From contig NC_091991.1 of NCBI RefSeq assembly GCF_044704955.1, forward strand, positions 181,474,001 to 181,533,935: DNA of 59,935 nucleotides, given 5' to 3'. Source of the DNA: Pristiophorus japonicus (Eukaryota). Position numbers and translations under genes: made by a program. Of the stretch, positions 24,185 through 37,476 are shown in pieces; positions within the stretch are counted from its first letter, which is position 1; every line of letters begins with the position of its first letter. The notes below the pieces were generated by a model. That model was not told the origin of the DNA, made no database searches, and was given only the letters and a program-made list of their open reading frames with translations.

Positions 24185-27140
24185 GGACCCCAGTCTCTCT
24201 CCCGCCCCACCCCTGCACCCCAGTCTCCCCCCTACCCCCAGTCTCTCCCCCACCCAAGCTCCCCAGTTTCTTCCCCCACCCCCCAGTCTCTCCCCCCACC
24301 CCCGCTCCCCAGTCTCTGCCCCCCCCACCCCCGCTCACCAGTCTCTGCCCCCCCACCCCCGCTCACCAGTCTCTACCCCCGCTCCCCAGTCTCTAACCCC
24401 CCACCCCCGCTCCCCAGTCTCTACCCCCCCACCCCCGCTCCCCAGTCTCTACCCCCCCACCCCCGCTCCCCAGTCTCTCCCCCCCACCCCCGCGTCTCCC
24501 CCCACCCCCGCTCCCCAGTCTCTCCCCCCCCACCCCCCACCCCGCCCCCCCACCCCCGCCTCGCCCCCCCACCCCCCAGTCTCTCCCCCCCCACACCTCT
24601 GCTCCCCAGTCTCTCCCTCCCCCACCCCCCAGTCTCTCCCCCCCACCCCCGCTCCCCAGTCTCTCCCCCCCACCCCCGCTCCCCAGTCTCTCCCCCCCAC
24701 CCCCGCTCCCCAGTCTCTCCCCCCCCACCCCCGCTCCCCAGTCTCTCCCCCCCCACCCCCGCTCCCCAGTCTCTCCCCCCCACCCCCGCTCCCCAGTCTC
24801 TCCCCCCCCACCCCGCTCCCCAGTCTCCCCCCCACCCGCTCCCAGTCTCCCCCCCACCCCGCCCTCCCCAGTCTCCCCCCCCACCCGCTCCCCAGTCTCT
24901 TCTCTCCCCCCTACCTCAGTCTCTTCTCTCCCACCCCCACCCAGTCTCTCTCTCCCCCCCACCCCAGTCTCGTCTCCCCCCCCACCCTGTCTCTTCTCCC
25001 ACCCCACCCTCTTCTCCCCCCACCCCAGTCTCTTCTTCCCCCCCACCCCAGTCTCTTCTTCCCCCCCCACTGCACCCGTCTCTTCCCCCCACTGCCCAGT
25101 CTCTTCCCCCCCCCACTGCACCCCAGTCTCTTCCCCCCACTGCACACCAGTCTCTTCCCCCCACTGCACCCGTCTCTCCCCCCCCACTGCACCCAGTCCT
25201 CCCCCCCCCACTGCACCCCAGTCCCCTCCCCCCCCACTGCACCCCAGTCCCTCCCCCCCACTGCACCCCAGTCTCTTCCCCCCCCCCACTGCACCCCAGT
25301 CTCCCCCCCACTGCACCCCCAGTCTCTCCCCCCCACCTGCACCCCAGTCTCCTCCCCCCCCACTGCACCCCAGTCTCTCCCCCCCCACTGCACCCAGTCT
25401 CTCACCCACCCCCCTGCACCCCAGTCTCTTCCCCCCCCCTGCACCCCAGTCTCTTCCCCCCCTGNNNNNNNNNNNNNNNNNNNNNNNNNNNNNNNNNNNN
25501 NNNNNNNNNNNNNNNNNNNNNNNNNNNNNNNNNNNNNNNNNNNNNNNNNNNNNNNNNNNNNNNNNNNNNNNNNNNNNNNNNNNNNNNNNNNNNNNNNNNN
25601 NNNNNNNNNNNNNNNNNNNNNNNNNNNNNNNNNNNNNNNNNNNNNNNNNNNNNNNNNNNNNNNNGCCCCCCCCCCCCGCTCAGCCCTCGCCCCCCCCACC
25701 CCCAGTCTCTCCCCCCCCCACACCTCTGCTCCCCAGTCTCTCCCTCCCCCACCCCCCAGTCTCTCCCCCCCCACCCCCGCTCCCCAGTCTCTCCCCCCCA
25801 CCCCCGCTCCCCAGTCTCTCCCCCCCCACCCCCGCTCCCCAGTCTCTCCCCCCCCACCCCCGCTCCCCAGTCTCTCCCCCCCACCCCCGCTCCCCAGTCT
25901 CTCCCCCCCCACCCCCGCTCCCCAGTCTCCCCCCCCCACCCCCGCTCCCCAGTCTCCCCCCCCACCCCCCCGCTCCCCAGTCTCCCCCCACCCCGCTCCC
26001 CCAGTCTCCCCCCCCACCACCTCCCAGTCTCTTCTCTCCCCCTACCTCAGTCCTCTCCCACCCACCCCAGTCTCTTCTCTCCCCCCCCCCACCCCAGTCT
26101 CTTCTCCCCCCCCACCCCTGTCTCTTCTCCCACCCCACCCTCTTCTCCCCCCCACCCCAGTCTCTTCTTCCCCCCACCCCAGTCTCTTCTTCCCCCCCCA
26201 CTGCACCCGTCTCTTCCCCCCCACTGCACCAGTCTCTTCCCCCCCCCCACTGCACCCCAGTCTCTTCCCCCCCACTGCACACCAGTCTCTTCCCCCCCCC
26301 CCACTGCACCCGTCTCTCCCCCCCCACTGCACCCCAGTCCCTCCCCCCCCACTGCACCCCAGTCCCTCCCCCCCCCACTGCACCCCAGTCCCTCCCCCCC
26401 CACTGCACCCCAGTCTCTTCCCCCCCCCACTGCACCCCAGTCTCTCCCCCCCACTGCACCCCAGTCTCTCCCCCCCACTGCACCCCAGTCTCTCCCCCCC
26501 CACTGCACCCCAGTCTCTCCCCCCCACTGCACCCAACCCCCAGTCTCACTCCGATCTCACCCCTGCACCCCAGTCTCTTCCCCCCCCTGCACCCCAGTCT
26601 CTCACCCCCTGCACCCCAGTCTCTCACCCACCCCCTGCACCCCAGTCTCTCACCCACCCCCCTGCACCCCAGTCTCTCACCCACCCCCTGCACCCCAGTC
26701 TCTCACCCACCCCCCTGCACCCCAGTCCTCACCACCCCCTGCACCCCAGTCTCTCACCCCCCCCTGCACCCCAGTCTCTCCCCCCCCCTGCACCCCAGTC
26801 TCTCACCCCCCCCTGCACCCCAGTCTCTCACCCACCCCCCCACCCCAGTCTCTCACCCCCCCCCTGCACCCCAGTCTCTCACCCCACCCCCTGCACCCCA
26901 GTCTCTCACCCCACCCCCTGCACCCCAGTCTCTCACCCCCCCCCTGCACCCCAGTCTCTCACCCACCCCCTGCACCCCAGTCTCTCACCCCCCCTGACCC
27001 CAGTCTCTCACCCCCCCCCTGCACCCCAGTCTCTCACCCCCCCCTGCACCCAGTCTCTCACCCCCCCCTGCACCCAAGTCTCTCACCCACCCCCCCACTG
27101 CACCCCAGTCTCTCTCTCTCTCCCCCTCTCGCCTCCCAGT
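24185..27140. repeat. C-rich compound minisatellite (core CCCCAGTCTC), with an assembly gap at 25465-25664
   Basis: Repeated CCCCAGTCTCT-poly(C) units of roughly 20-30 bp; G-rich on the UBFD1 sense strand. Confidence 0.95.
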
Positions 27141-27316
27141 CTCGGGCCTCACTAGGCCTCGGGCCCAGGAACAACGGCGGAGCGCTGACATGAGGCCCCC
27201 TGCAGGGAGGGAGGGTGCGGGTCACCAGCACCGGCCTGGCCCGCTGGGAGGCCGGAGGCCCCGGTCTGGCGGAGCCGGAGGCATGAACGCCGCGCTCGGC
27301 CTTAGCCGCCACCTAC

Positions 27317-27332
27317 CGCCCTGAGCCGCCAT
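27317..27332 (-). CDS. UBFD1: UBFD1 exon 1, coding part (MAAQG+G)
   Basis: GCAGCCATGG Kozak context in a CpG island; G|GTAGGT phase-1 donor that joins exon 2 in frame. Total CDS 879 nt = 292 aa + stop. Confidence 0.85.
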
Positions 27333-27420
27333 GGCTGCCCGCCTAACCCCGGCTCGCTGCTACCTTCCGCTTCCGGGCCGCGCCGGTTGCCACTCAAATC
27401 TGATTGGCAGAGGCTGGTAC
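27333..27420 (-). promoter_or_regulatory. UBFD1 proximal promoter / 5'UTR: tandem ETS (GABP-like) sites and a CCAAT box
   Basis: CCGGAAGCGGAAG on the minus strand at ~27363-27375; ATTGG at 27403; CpG-rich 27140-27400. Confidence 0.7.
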
Positions 27421-27783
27421 TGATGATTGACAGGCTCTGGGGGCGGGGACCGGTGATTGACAGGCTCTGGGGGCGGGGACTGATGATTGACAGGCTCTGG
27501 GGACCGGGGGCAGATGATTGACAGGCTCTGGGGGCGGGGACTGATGATTGACAGGCTTTGGGGACCGGGGGCTGATGATTGACAGGCTCTGGGGACCGGG
27601 GGCTGATGATTGACAGGCTCTGGGGGCGGAGACTGTTGATTGACAGGCTGTGGGATCGGGGACTGATTGATTGACAGTCTCTAGGGGCGGGGACTGATGA
27701 TTGACAGCCTCTGGGGGCGGGGACTGTTGATTGACATGCTCTGGGGGCGAGACTGTTGATTGACAGGCCCTGGGGGCGGGGAC
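27421..27783. repeat. 30-31-bp promoter minisatellite, 12 copies, carrying TGATTGACAG and often GGGGCGGGG
   Basis: 11 of 12 units have an exact TGATTGACAG and one has TGATTGACAT. Confidence 0.92.
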
Positions 27784-27817
27784 AGGCCCACCTCTCACAT
27801 TCACCTCTCTGAGTCAA

Positions 27818-30800
27818 AACATAAGAACATAAGAATTAGGAACAGGAGTAGGCCATCTAGCCCCTCGAGCCTGCTCCACCATTCAACAAGATCATGGCTG
27901 ATCTGGCCGTGGACTCAGCTCCACTTACCCGCCCGCTCCCCATAACCCTTAATTCCCTTATTGGTTAAAAATCTATCTATCTGTGATTTGAATACATTCA
28001 ATGAGCTAGCCTCAACTGCTTCCTTGGGCAGAGAATTCCACAGATTCACAACCCTCTGGGAGAAGAAATTCCTTCTCAACTCAATTTTAAATTGGCTTCC
28101 CCGTATTTTGAGGCTGTGCCCCCTAGTTCTAGTCTCCCCGACCAGTGGAAACAACCTCTCTGCCTCTATCTTGTCTATCCCTTTCATTATCTTAAATGTT
28201 TCTATAAGATCACCCCTCATCCTTCTGAACTCCAACGAGTAAAGACCCAGTCTACTCAATCTATCATCATAAGGTAACCCCCTCATCTCCAGAATCAGCC
28301 CAGTCAATCGTCTCCGTACCCCCTCCAAAGCTAGTATATCCCTCCTTAAGTAAGGTGACCAAAACTGCACGCAGTACTCCAGGTGCGGCCTCACCAATAC
28401 CCTATACAGTTGCAGAAGGACCTCCCTGCTTTTGTACTCCATCCCTCTCGCAATGAAGGCCAACATTCCATTCGCCTTCCTGATTACCTGCTGCACCTGC
28501 AAACTAACTTTTTGGGATTCATGCACAAGGACCCCCAGGTCCCTCTGCACCGCAGCATGTTGTAATTTCTCCCTATTCAAATAGTATTTCCTTTTACTGT
28601 TTTTTTTTCCAAGGTGGATGACCTCACATTTTCCGACATTGTATTCCATCTGCCAAAGCTTAGCCCATTCGCTTAACCTATCTAAATCTCTTTGCAGCCT
28701 CTCTGTGTCCTCTACATAACCCGCTTTCCCACTAATCTTTGTGTCATTTGCAAATTGTGTTACACTACACTTTGTCCCCTCTTCCAGGTCATCTATGTAT
28801 ATTGTAAACAGTTGTGGTCCCAGCGCCGATCCCTGTGGCACACCACTAACCACCGATTTCCAACCCGAAAAGGACCCATTTATCCCGACTCTCTGCTTTC
28901 TGTTAGCCAGCCAATTCTCTATCCATGCTAATACATTTCCTCTGACTCCGCGTACCTCTATCTTCTGCAGTAATCTTTTGTGTGGCACCTTATCGAATGC
29001 CTTTTGGAAATCTAAATACACCACATCCATCGGTACACCTCTATCCACCATGCTCGTTATATCCTCAAAGAATTCCAGTAAATTAGTTAAACATGATTTC
29101 CCCTTCATGAATCCATGCTGCGTCTGCTTGATTGCACTATTCCTATCTAGATGTCCCGCTATTTCTTAATGATAGCTTCAAGCATTTTCCCCACTACAGA
29201 TGTTAAACTAACTGGCCTATAGTTACCTGCCTTTTGTCTGCCCCCTTTTTTAAACAGATGCGTTACATTAGCTGCTTTCCAATCCACTGGTACCTCTCCA
29301 GAGTCCAGAGAATTTTGGTAGATTATAACGAATGCATCTGCTATAACTTCTGCCATCTCTTTTAATACCCTGGGATGCATTTCATCAGGACCAGGGGACT
29401 TGTCTACCTTGAGTCCCATTAGCCTGTCCAGCACTACCCCCCTAGTGATAGTGATTGTCTCGAGGTCCTTCCTTCCCACATTCCTGTGACCAGCAATTTT
29501 TGGCATGGTTTTTGTGTCTTCCACTGTGAAGACCGAAGCAAAATAATTGTTTAAGGTCTCAGCCATTTCCACATTTCCCATTATTAAATCCCCTTTCTCA
29601 TCTTCTAAGGTACCAACATTTACTTTAGTCACTCTTTTCCATTTTATATATCTGTAAAAGCTTTTACTATCTGTTTTTATGTTTTGCGCAAGTTTACTTT
29701 TGTAATCTATCTTTCCTTTCTTTATTGCTTTCTTAGTCATTCTTTGCTGTCGTTTAAAATTTTCCCAATCTTCTCATTTCCCACTAACCTTGGCCACCTT
29801 ATACGCATTGGTTTTTAATTTGATACTCTCCTTTATTTCCTTGGTTATCCACGGCTGGTTATCCCTTCTCTTACCGCCCTTCTTTTTCACTGGAATATAT
29901 TTTTGTTGAGCATTATGAAAGAGCTCCTTAAAAGTCCTCCACTGTTCCTCAATTGTGCCACCATTTAGTCTGTGTTTCCAGTCTATTTTAGCCAACTCTG
30001 CCCTCATCCCACTGTAGTCCCCTTTGTTTAAGCATAGTACGCTCGTTTGAGACACTACTTCCTCACCCTCAATCTGTATTACAAATTCAACCATACTGTG
30101 ATCACTCATTCCGAGAGGATCTTTTACTAGGAGATCGTTTATTATTCCTGTCTCATTACACAGGACCAGATCTAAGATAGCTTGCTCCCTTGTAGGTTCT
30201 GTAACATAGTGTTCTAAGAAACAATCCTGTATGCATTCTATGAATTCCTCCGCAAGGCTACTCCGTGCGATTTGATTTGACCAATCGATATGTAGGTTAA
30301 AATCCCCCATGATTACTGCCGTTCCTTTTTCACATGCCTCCATTATTCCCTTGATTATTGCCCGCCCCACCGTGAAGTTATTATTTGGGGGCCTATAAAC
30401 TACGCCCACCAGTGACTTTTTCCCCTTACTATCTCTAATCTCCACCCACAATGATTCAACATTTTGTTCATTAGAGCCAATATCGTCTCTCACAACTGCC
30501 CTGATATCATCCTTTATTAACAGAGCTACCCCACCTCCTTTCCCTTGTTGTCTATCTTTCCGAATTGTCAGATACCCCTGTATGTTTAATTCCTAGTCTT
30601 GGCCACCCTGCAACCACGTTTCTGTAATGGCCACCAAGTCATACCCATTTGTAATGATTTGTGCCGTAAACTCATTTACTTTATTTCGAATGCTGCGTGC
30701 GTTTAGCTAGAGTGTTTTAATACTAGTTTTTAAACCATGATTTTTAGTTTTGACCCCTCCTGCAACCCCTTTATATTCATACATATTGTCCTTTCCTATC

Positions 30801-31520
30801 ACCTTGTGGTTTACACTTACCCCAGTGCTACTCTGCTCTGTTGCCTCCTGCCTTTTGTATTCTTTCTTGGGGTCCTGTTCATCTGAGCTCTCACCCACTC
30901 TAACTAGCTCAGAGCCCTCTCCTGGGTTCCGAATACTCCTTGCATTGAGGCACCGAGCTTTCATGCTTGCCTTTTTATTACACTTTGACCCTTTAGAATT
31001 TTGCTGTACAGTGGCCCTTTTTGTTTTTTGCCTTGAGTTTCTCTGCCCTCCACTTTTACTCATCTCCTTTCTGTCTTTTGCTTTTGTCTCCTTTTTGTTT
31101 CCCTCTGTCTCCCTGCATTGGTTCCCATCCCCCTGCCATATTAGTTTAACTGCTCCCCAACAGCACTAGCAAACACTCCCCCTAGGACATTGGTTCCGGT
31201 CCTGCCTAGGTGCAGACCGTCCAGTTTGTACTGGTCCCACCTCCCCCAGAACCAGTTCCAATGCCCCAGGAATTTGAATCCCTCCCTGCTGCACCACTGC
31301 TCAAGCCACGTATTCATCTGAGCTATCCTGCGATTCCTACTCTGTCTAGCACGTGGCACTGGTAGCAATCCCGAGATTACTACTTTTGAGGTCCTACTTT
31401 TTAATTTAGCTCCTAGCTCCTTAAATTCGTCTCGTAGGACCTCATCCCTTTTTTTACCTATATCGTTGGTACCAATGTGCACCACGACAACTGGCTGTTC
31501 ACCCTCCCTTTTCAGAATGG
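27818..31520 (-). mobile_element. Near-full-length CR1 LINE: ORF1 C-terminal SGNH-esterase-like domain (31141-31485) and disrupted ORF2 APE endonuclease + RT (~30700-27915)
   Basis: VHIGTND/DGLHL in ORF1; GVVYRPP, MGDFN and SDH in the endonuclease; YRPVSLTS, YLDFQKAFD and SGVPQGS in RT; (TTCTTATG)n tail. ORF2 is broken and FADD reads FAND. Confidence 0.96.
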
Positions 31521-31533
31521 TCCCTTTTCAGAA

Positions 31534-31818
31534 GGTCGAGACTTGAGCCTATAATCCAGCCTGATACTTCTAGTCCAATACTGAGGGAGTGCTGCACTGT
31601 CAGAGGGACCGACTTTCAGATGAGACATTAAACCGAGGCCCCGTCTTCTCTCTCAGGTGGACGTAAAAAATGCCATGGCACTATTCGAAGAGCAGGGGAG
31701 TTATCCCCGGTGTCCTCGACAATATTTGTCCCTCAATCACCATCACTAAAACAGATTATCTGGTCATTATCTCATTGTTGTTTGTGGGATCTTGCTGTGT
31801 GTATATTGGCTGCTGCAC
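31534..31818 (+). mobile_element. Deu-domain-like SINE internal fragment
   Basis: Homologous to 18272-18900. Confidence 0.75.
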
Positions 31819-31859
31819 CAGTGGTGACATGAGAGAAAACATTTATGCCGCAGGAGGAT

Positions 31860-32328
31860 ATCAATCTACTGGTCAGGTGGCAGAGCAGTGGCAAATGGAA
31901 TTTAATTCAGAGAAGTGTGAGGTGATGCACTTTGAGAGGGCTGATAAGGAAAGGGTATACACATTAAGCGGTAGGCACTTAATGGTGTAGATGAACAAAG
32001 GGACCTTGGAATGCTTGTCCACAGATCCTTGAAAGTAGCAGGCCAGGTCGATAAGGTGGTTAAGATGGTATGCGGAATGCTTGCCTTTATTGGCCGAGGC
32101 ATAGAATTTGAGCAGGTTATGCTTAAATTGTATAATACTTTGGTTAGGCCACAGCTGGAGTACTGCATGCAGTTCGGGTCACCGTATTACAGGAAGGACG
32201 TGATTGCACTAGAGAGGGTGTAGAGGAGATTTACTAGGATGCTGCCTGGAATGGAGAATCTTAGTTATGAGGACAGATTGGACAGGCTGAGTTTGTTCTC
32301 GTTGGAACAGAGGAGGTTGAGAGGAGAC
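31860..32328 (+). mobile_element. Older CR1 fragment, left half (interrupted after ...EQRRLRGD)
   Basis: WQMEFNSEKCEVMHF and RPQLEYC motifs; the reading resumes at ~47855. Confidence 0.8.
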
Positions 32329-32562
32329 TGTCATGTATCTTACATGGCCACTGTTGGTACTATATCAAGGTGTGCCACCGGAGGGCACAACAGTGGGAGA
32401 CTTGTAGGTTACCTGTACAGGTGTGCCTGGCCTAGTATAAAAGGCAGGCCACCAGATGTGATCCTCACTCTGGAGTTAACTAATAAAGGACTAAGATCAC
32501 TACAGTTCAAGTACAACACACTGCCTCGTGGAGTCATTGTTTGAGCATCTAAGAACATAACA
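32329..32562 (+). mobile_element. 5' LTR of Gypsy element A (234 bp), followed by PBS TGGCGACGAG
   Basis: TG...CA ends, TATAAAA, AATAAA; PBS complementary to the tRNA-Ser(GCT) 3' end. Confidence 0.9.
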
Positions 32563-32595
32563 ACTGGCGACGAGAATACGAACTTACACACGAAA

Positions 32596-34163
32596 ATGGC
32601 TACCCTTGGTACGTTGCAGCAGTTCGTCAATGATGATGATTGGGACGCTTTTGTGGAGAGGCCAGAACACTTTTTTACAGCAAATGACCTGGCAGGAGAC
32701 GAGCCGGCCACACTGGCTGATAAGCGGTGGGCTATCCTACTGACCAGTTGCAGGCCCAACATCTATGGCCTCGTCAGGGACTTGCTGGCACCAGCGAAGA
32801 CAACGACCAAGTCGCACAAGGAGCTCGTAACCCTGATTCAGGAGCAACTCAAGCCCAAGGAGAGCATCCTCACAGCCAAACACCGGTTCTATACCCACCG
32901 ACGGCCCGAAGGCCAGGAAATCGCGAAGTACGCCGGAGACCTCAGGAGGCTGGCGGCGCCGTGCGAGTTTGGCACCCAGCTTAACAAAGCGCCACGGGAC
33001 ATTTTCGTCATTGGAATTGGCCATGAGGGCCTTCTTCACAAGTTACTGTTGGCGGATACCACAGTCACACTGCAGAAGGCCATCTCTATGAGCCAGTCAT
33101 TCATGACCTCGACCTGTGGCTCTAGGCAGATGTCTCATCCTCAGGACTCAAACCCGGCAGGTACTGTGCGCAGACTGGCGCCGTTCAGGAGCTGGACTGT
33201 AGAGCGCACATCCTCTCAGGGGAGAAAGAACAGGCCCCCCCCCCACCCCCCTCCCCGAGTCCCTTAACTCAGAGTCCGCCGAGGAGGGCTAATCTAGTGG
33301 CACTATGTTGGCGTTGCGGAGGGAATCACAGGGCTCACCAGTGCCATTTTAAAGACTATGTTTGCAAAGCAAGGAGCACAAAGGGCCACCTCCAATGAAT
33401 GTGTAAGGGAAATAGGACTCACTGTGTTGATGAGGAGTCTGCAGATGGCCATGAATCAAATGTGGATTACGAATCGTTAGACAGAGAGGCAGCCCAGTCC
33501 CACGATGAGGTACATAGCATGTTTACCTGCACTATCGAGTGCTCCCCATTGAAGATGAAAGTCATGATAGAGGGACATCCAGTCTTCATGGAAGTGGACA
33601 CGGGGGCGAGTCAGTCAGTGATGAATCAAGGAGCCTTTGAGAGGTTATGGGACAATCTGGCGGAACGACCCGAGTTGGCCCCGGTTCAGGCAAAACTGCG
33701 CACCTACACCAATTAAATCATCCCAGTCGTTGGTAGTGTGAATGTAAAGGTACTCCATGATGGCACGGTGCACAAGTTACCTCTGTGGATTGTTGCAGGT
33801 GATGGACCAATGCTGCTCGGCAGAAGGTGGATGGAGAAGATCCAGTGGAAGTGGGAAGATTTCATCCCTCCAGCGATCAAAGCCCTCTGCACTCAGAGGC
33901 AAAGCAAACTCTCACCTGAGAGTGGACCCGGCACCGAAGAACTGACCAGCACGGCACTCGAGACACAGACCGCTCAGCGTGACTGCGTGGAGATGATTCA
34001 GCCGAGACGACCCGAACGCGCCTTCCAGGCTCCAGTGGCAGGCCTCAGGAGGGAGAAAAACGGATCCAGCAGCGACTTCACAACTGCGGAGGCAGAACCC
34101 GGGGAGAAGAGGATCACCGCAGTCGACATCGCGGACAAAGAAAAGATGGCGCCCGAACCATGA
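32596..34163 (+). pseudogene. Gypsy element A gag + aspartic protease (disrupted); no RT or integrase seen
   Basis: Mag-like gag N-terminus (DWDAFVER), CWRCGGNH zinc knuckle at ~33306, EVDTGAS protease motif, LLGRRW; contains stops and frameshifts. Confidence 0.88.
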
Positions 34164-34753
34164 AGCGACGCGCTGCAGACAAAGATGGCCGCGACCAGAC
34201 CACAAAGTGCAGCGTTGATGGAGCAACACGTGGCACCAAGCCGAGAGGCGGATTGGGGTAAAGCAAGCAAGACTCTCTTAAAGGAGGCCTGCAACCCACT
34301 TCGATTAAAGGGACAGTTCCACACAATTAAGCAATGTATTAAGCATTGTAAGTTAGAGAGTAAAAGTGCAACGGATCATGTAAAATATGTAACTGATGAT
34401 CGGAATCATATACATGTAACCAGCGAGGAAAAGTCGCGTGATTATGTACAATGTGTAATTGATGATTTGAACTGTGCATATGTAACCAGCGAGGAAAAGT
34501 CGCGCGATCGTGTTCGGACCCCTAGTATGTCCATCATAAGCAAGGAAAAGCTGTGCGATGCAGGATTCTCACTGCACACAACCAATGCACCGGGCAGATA
34601 CCGGTCGGGTGCACACAGGTCCAGCAGGCTACCCAATGCTGCAGCCTGCGTCCCGGGAACCAGAGTCAGGCACTACGAAGTGTGGCCACAAGCAGCCAAC
34701 ACACACGAGCTGCGAGGCAAGCCACCTCATCAGGGCAAAGGCATCAGTGGTGA

Positions 34754-35650
34754 TAAGAACATAAGAACTAGGAACAGGAGTAGGCCATCTAGCCCCTCGA
34801 GCTTGCTCCGCCATTCAACAAGATCATGGCTGATCTGGCCGTGGACTCAGCTCCACTTACCCGCCCGCTCCCCATAACCCTTAATTCCCTTATTGGTTAA
34901 AAATCTATCTATCTGTGATTTGAATACATTCAATGAGCTAGCCTCAACTGCTTCCTTGGGCAGAGAATTCCACAGATTCACAACCATCTGGGAGAAGAAA
35001 TTCCTTCTCAACTCGGTTTTAAATTGGTTCCCCCATATTTTGAGGCTGTGCCCTCTAGTTCTAGTCTCCCCGACCAGTGGAAACAGCCTCTCTGCCTCTA
35101 TCTTGTCTATCCCTTTCATTATTTTAAATGTTTCTATAAGATCACTCCTCATCCTTCTGAACTCCAACGAGTAAAGACCCAGTCTACTCAATCTATCATC
35201 ATAAGGTAACCCCCTCATCTTCGGAATCAACCTAGTGAATAGTCTCTGTACCCCCTCCAAGGCCAGTATATCCTTCCTTAAGTAAGGCGACCAAAATTGC
35301 ACGCAGTACTCCAGGTGCGGCCTCACCAATACCCTATACAGTTGCAGAAGGACCTCCCTGCTTTTGTACTCCATCCCTCTCGCAATGAAGGCCAACATTC
35401 CATTCGCCTTCCTGATTACCTGCTGCACCTGCAAACTAACTTTTTGGGATTCATGCACAAGGACCCCCAGGTCCCTCTGCACCGCAGCATGTTGTAATTT
35501 CTCCCCATTCAAATAATATTCCCTTTTACTGTTTTTTTTTCCAAGGTGGATGACCTCACATTTTCCAACATTGTATTCCATCTGCCAAACCTTAGCCCAT
35601 TCGCTTAACCTATCTAAATCTCTTTGCAGCTTCTCTGTGTCCTCTACACT
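34754..35650 (-). mobile_element. 5'-truncated young CR1, same subfamily as 27818-31520
   Basis: Near-identical to 27818-28715. Confidence 0.95.
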
Positions 35651-35652
35651 AC

Positions 35653-36654
35653 ACAGAGAGAGAGAGAGACTGGGGGAGAGAGAGAAGGAGGGACTGGGGG
35701 GNNNNNNNNNNNNNNNNNNNNNNNNNNNNNNNNNNNNNNNNNNNNNNNNNNNNNNNNNNNNNNNNNNNNNNNNNNNNNNNNNNNNNNNNNNNNNNNNNNN
35801 NNNNNNNNNNNNNNNNNNNNNNNNNNNNNNNNNNNNNNNNNNNNNNNNNNNNNACTGGGGGAGAGAGAGAGAGACTGGGGGAGAGAGAGAGAGAGACTGT
35901 GGGGGGAAGAGAGAGAGAGAGACTGGGGGAGAGAGAGAAGGAGGGACTGGGGGGGGGAGGGAGAGAGACTGGGAGAGAGAGAGAGAGAGAGACACTGGGG
36001 GAGAGAGAGAGAGAGAGACTGGGGGAGAGAGAGAGAGAGAGAGACACTGGGGGAGAGAGAGAGAGAGACTGGGAGAGAGAGAGAGAGAGAGAGAGACTAG
36101 AGGAGAGAGAGAGAGAGAGAGAGACTGGGGGAGAGAGAGAGAGACTGGGGGGGAGAGAGAGAGAGAGACTTGGGGGGAAGAGAGAGAGACTGGGGAAGAG
36201 AGAGAGAGACTGGGGGAGAGAGAGAGAGAGCGAGACACTGGGGGAGAGAGAGAGAGAAAGAGAGAGAGACTGGGAGAGAGGGAGCGAGATAGACTGGGGT
36301 GGAGAGAGAGAGAGAGAGAGAGACTGGGGGAGAGAGAGAGAGACTGGGGGGAGAGAGAAAGAGAGAGACTGGGGAAGAGAAAGAGAGATTGGGGGAGAGA
36401 GATCGAGAGAGGGAGAGAGACTGGGTGAGGGAGAGAGAGAGAGAGACTGGGAGAGAGAGAGAGATTGGGGGAGAGAGAGAGAGAGAGTCTCGGGGGGGGG
36501 GGGGAGAGACTCGGGGAGGAGAGAGAGCGAGAGACTCGGGAGGGGGGAGAGAGAGAGAGAGAGAGAGACGGGGGGGGGGAGAGAGGGGGAGAGAGAGAGA
36601 GTCTGGGGGAGAGAGAGAGAGACTGGGGGATAGAGAGAGAGAGAGACTGGGGGT

Positions 36655-36686
<32 letters not shown>

Positions 36687-37139
36687 TGGGGAAATATATA
36701 TATAGAGAGAGAGACTGGGGGAGATAGAGAGAGAGACTGGGGTGGGGGGAGGAGAGAATGAGAGAGAGAGAGAGAGAGAGAGACTGGGGGTGGGGGAGAG
36801 AGAGAGAGAGACTGGATGGAGAGATAGAAAGAGACAGNNNNNNNNNNNNNNNNNNNNNNNNNNNNNNNNNNNNNNNNNNNNNNNNNNNNNNNNNNNNNNN
36901 NNNNNNNNNNNNNNNNNNNNNNNNNNNNNNNNNNNNNNNNNNNNNNNNNNNNNNNNNNNNNNNNNNNNNNNNNNNNNNNNAGAGAGAGAGACTGGGGAAA
37001 TAGAGATAGAGAGAGAGAGAGAGAGAGACAGGGGGAGAGAGAGAGAGAGACTGGGGGGAAAGAGAGAGAGAGAGACTGGGGAGGGAGAGAGAGAGAGAGA
37101 GAGAGAGACTGGGGGAAGAGAGAAAGAGAGAGAGACTGG

Positions 37140-37171
<32 letters not shown>

Positions 37172-37444
37172 GGTGGGGGGGAGAGAGAGAGACTGGGGGA
37201 GAGAGAGATAGAGAGACTGGGGGAGANNNNNNNNNNNNNNNNNNNNNNNNNNNNNNNNNNNNNNNNNNNNNNNNNNNNNNNNNNNNNNNNNNNNNNNNNN
37301 NNNNNNNNNNNNNNNNNNNNNNNNNNNNNNNNNNNNNNNNNNNNNNNNNNNNNNNNNNNNNNNNNNNNNNNNNNNNNNNNNNNNNNNNNNNNNNNNNNNN
37401 NNNNNNAGAGAGAGCGACTGGGAGAGAGAGAGAGAGAGCGACTG

Positions 37445-37476
<32 letters not shown>

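Noticed and set aside
24550-26560. ~1.13-kb duplication across the N gap (markers at 24592/25720 and 24910/26041)
   Set aside because: The copies flank a gap and differ mostly in homopolymer length, so this may be an unmerged assembly overlap.
24174-26693. Gly/Trp/Arg-rich ORFs
   Set aside because: Translations of the G-rich minisatellite, open in several frames and crossing a gap.
27302-27817. Pro/Ser-rich ORFs upstream of UBFD1
   Set aside because: Translations of the promoter minisatellite; the Kozak ATG at 27332 with an in-phase donor explains the gene start.
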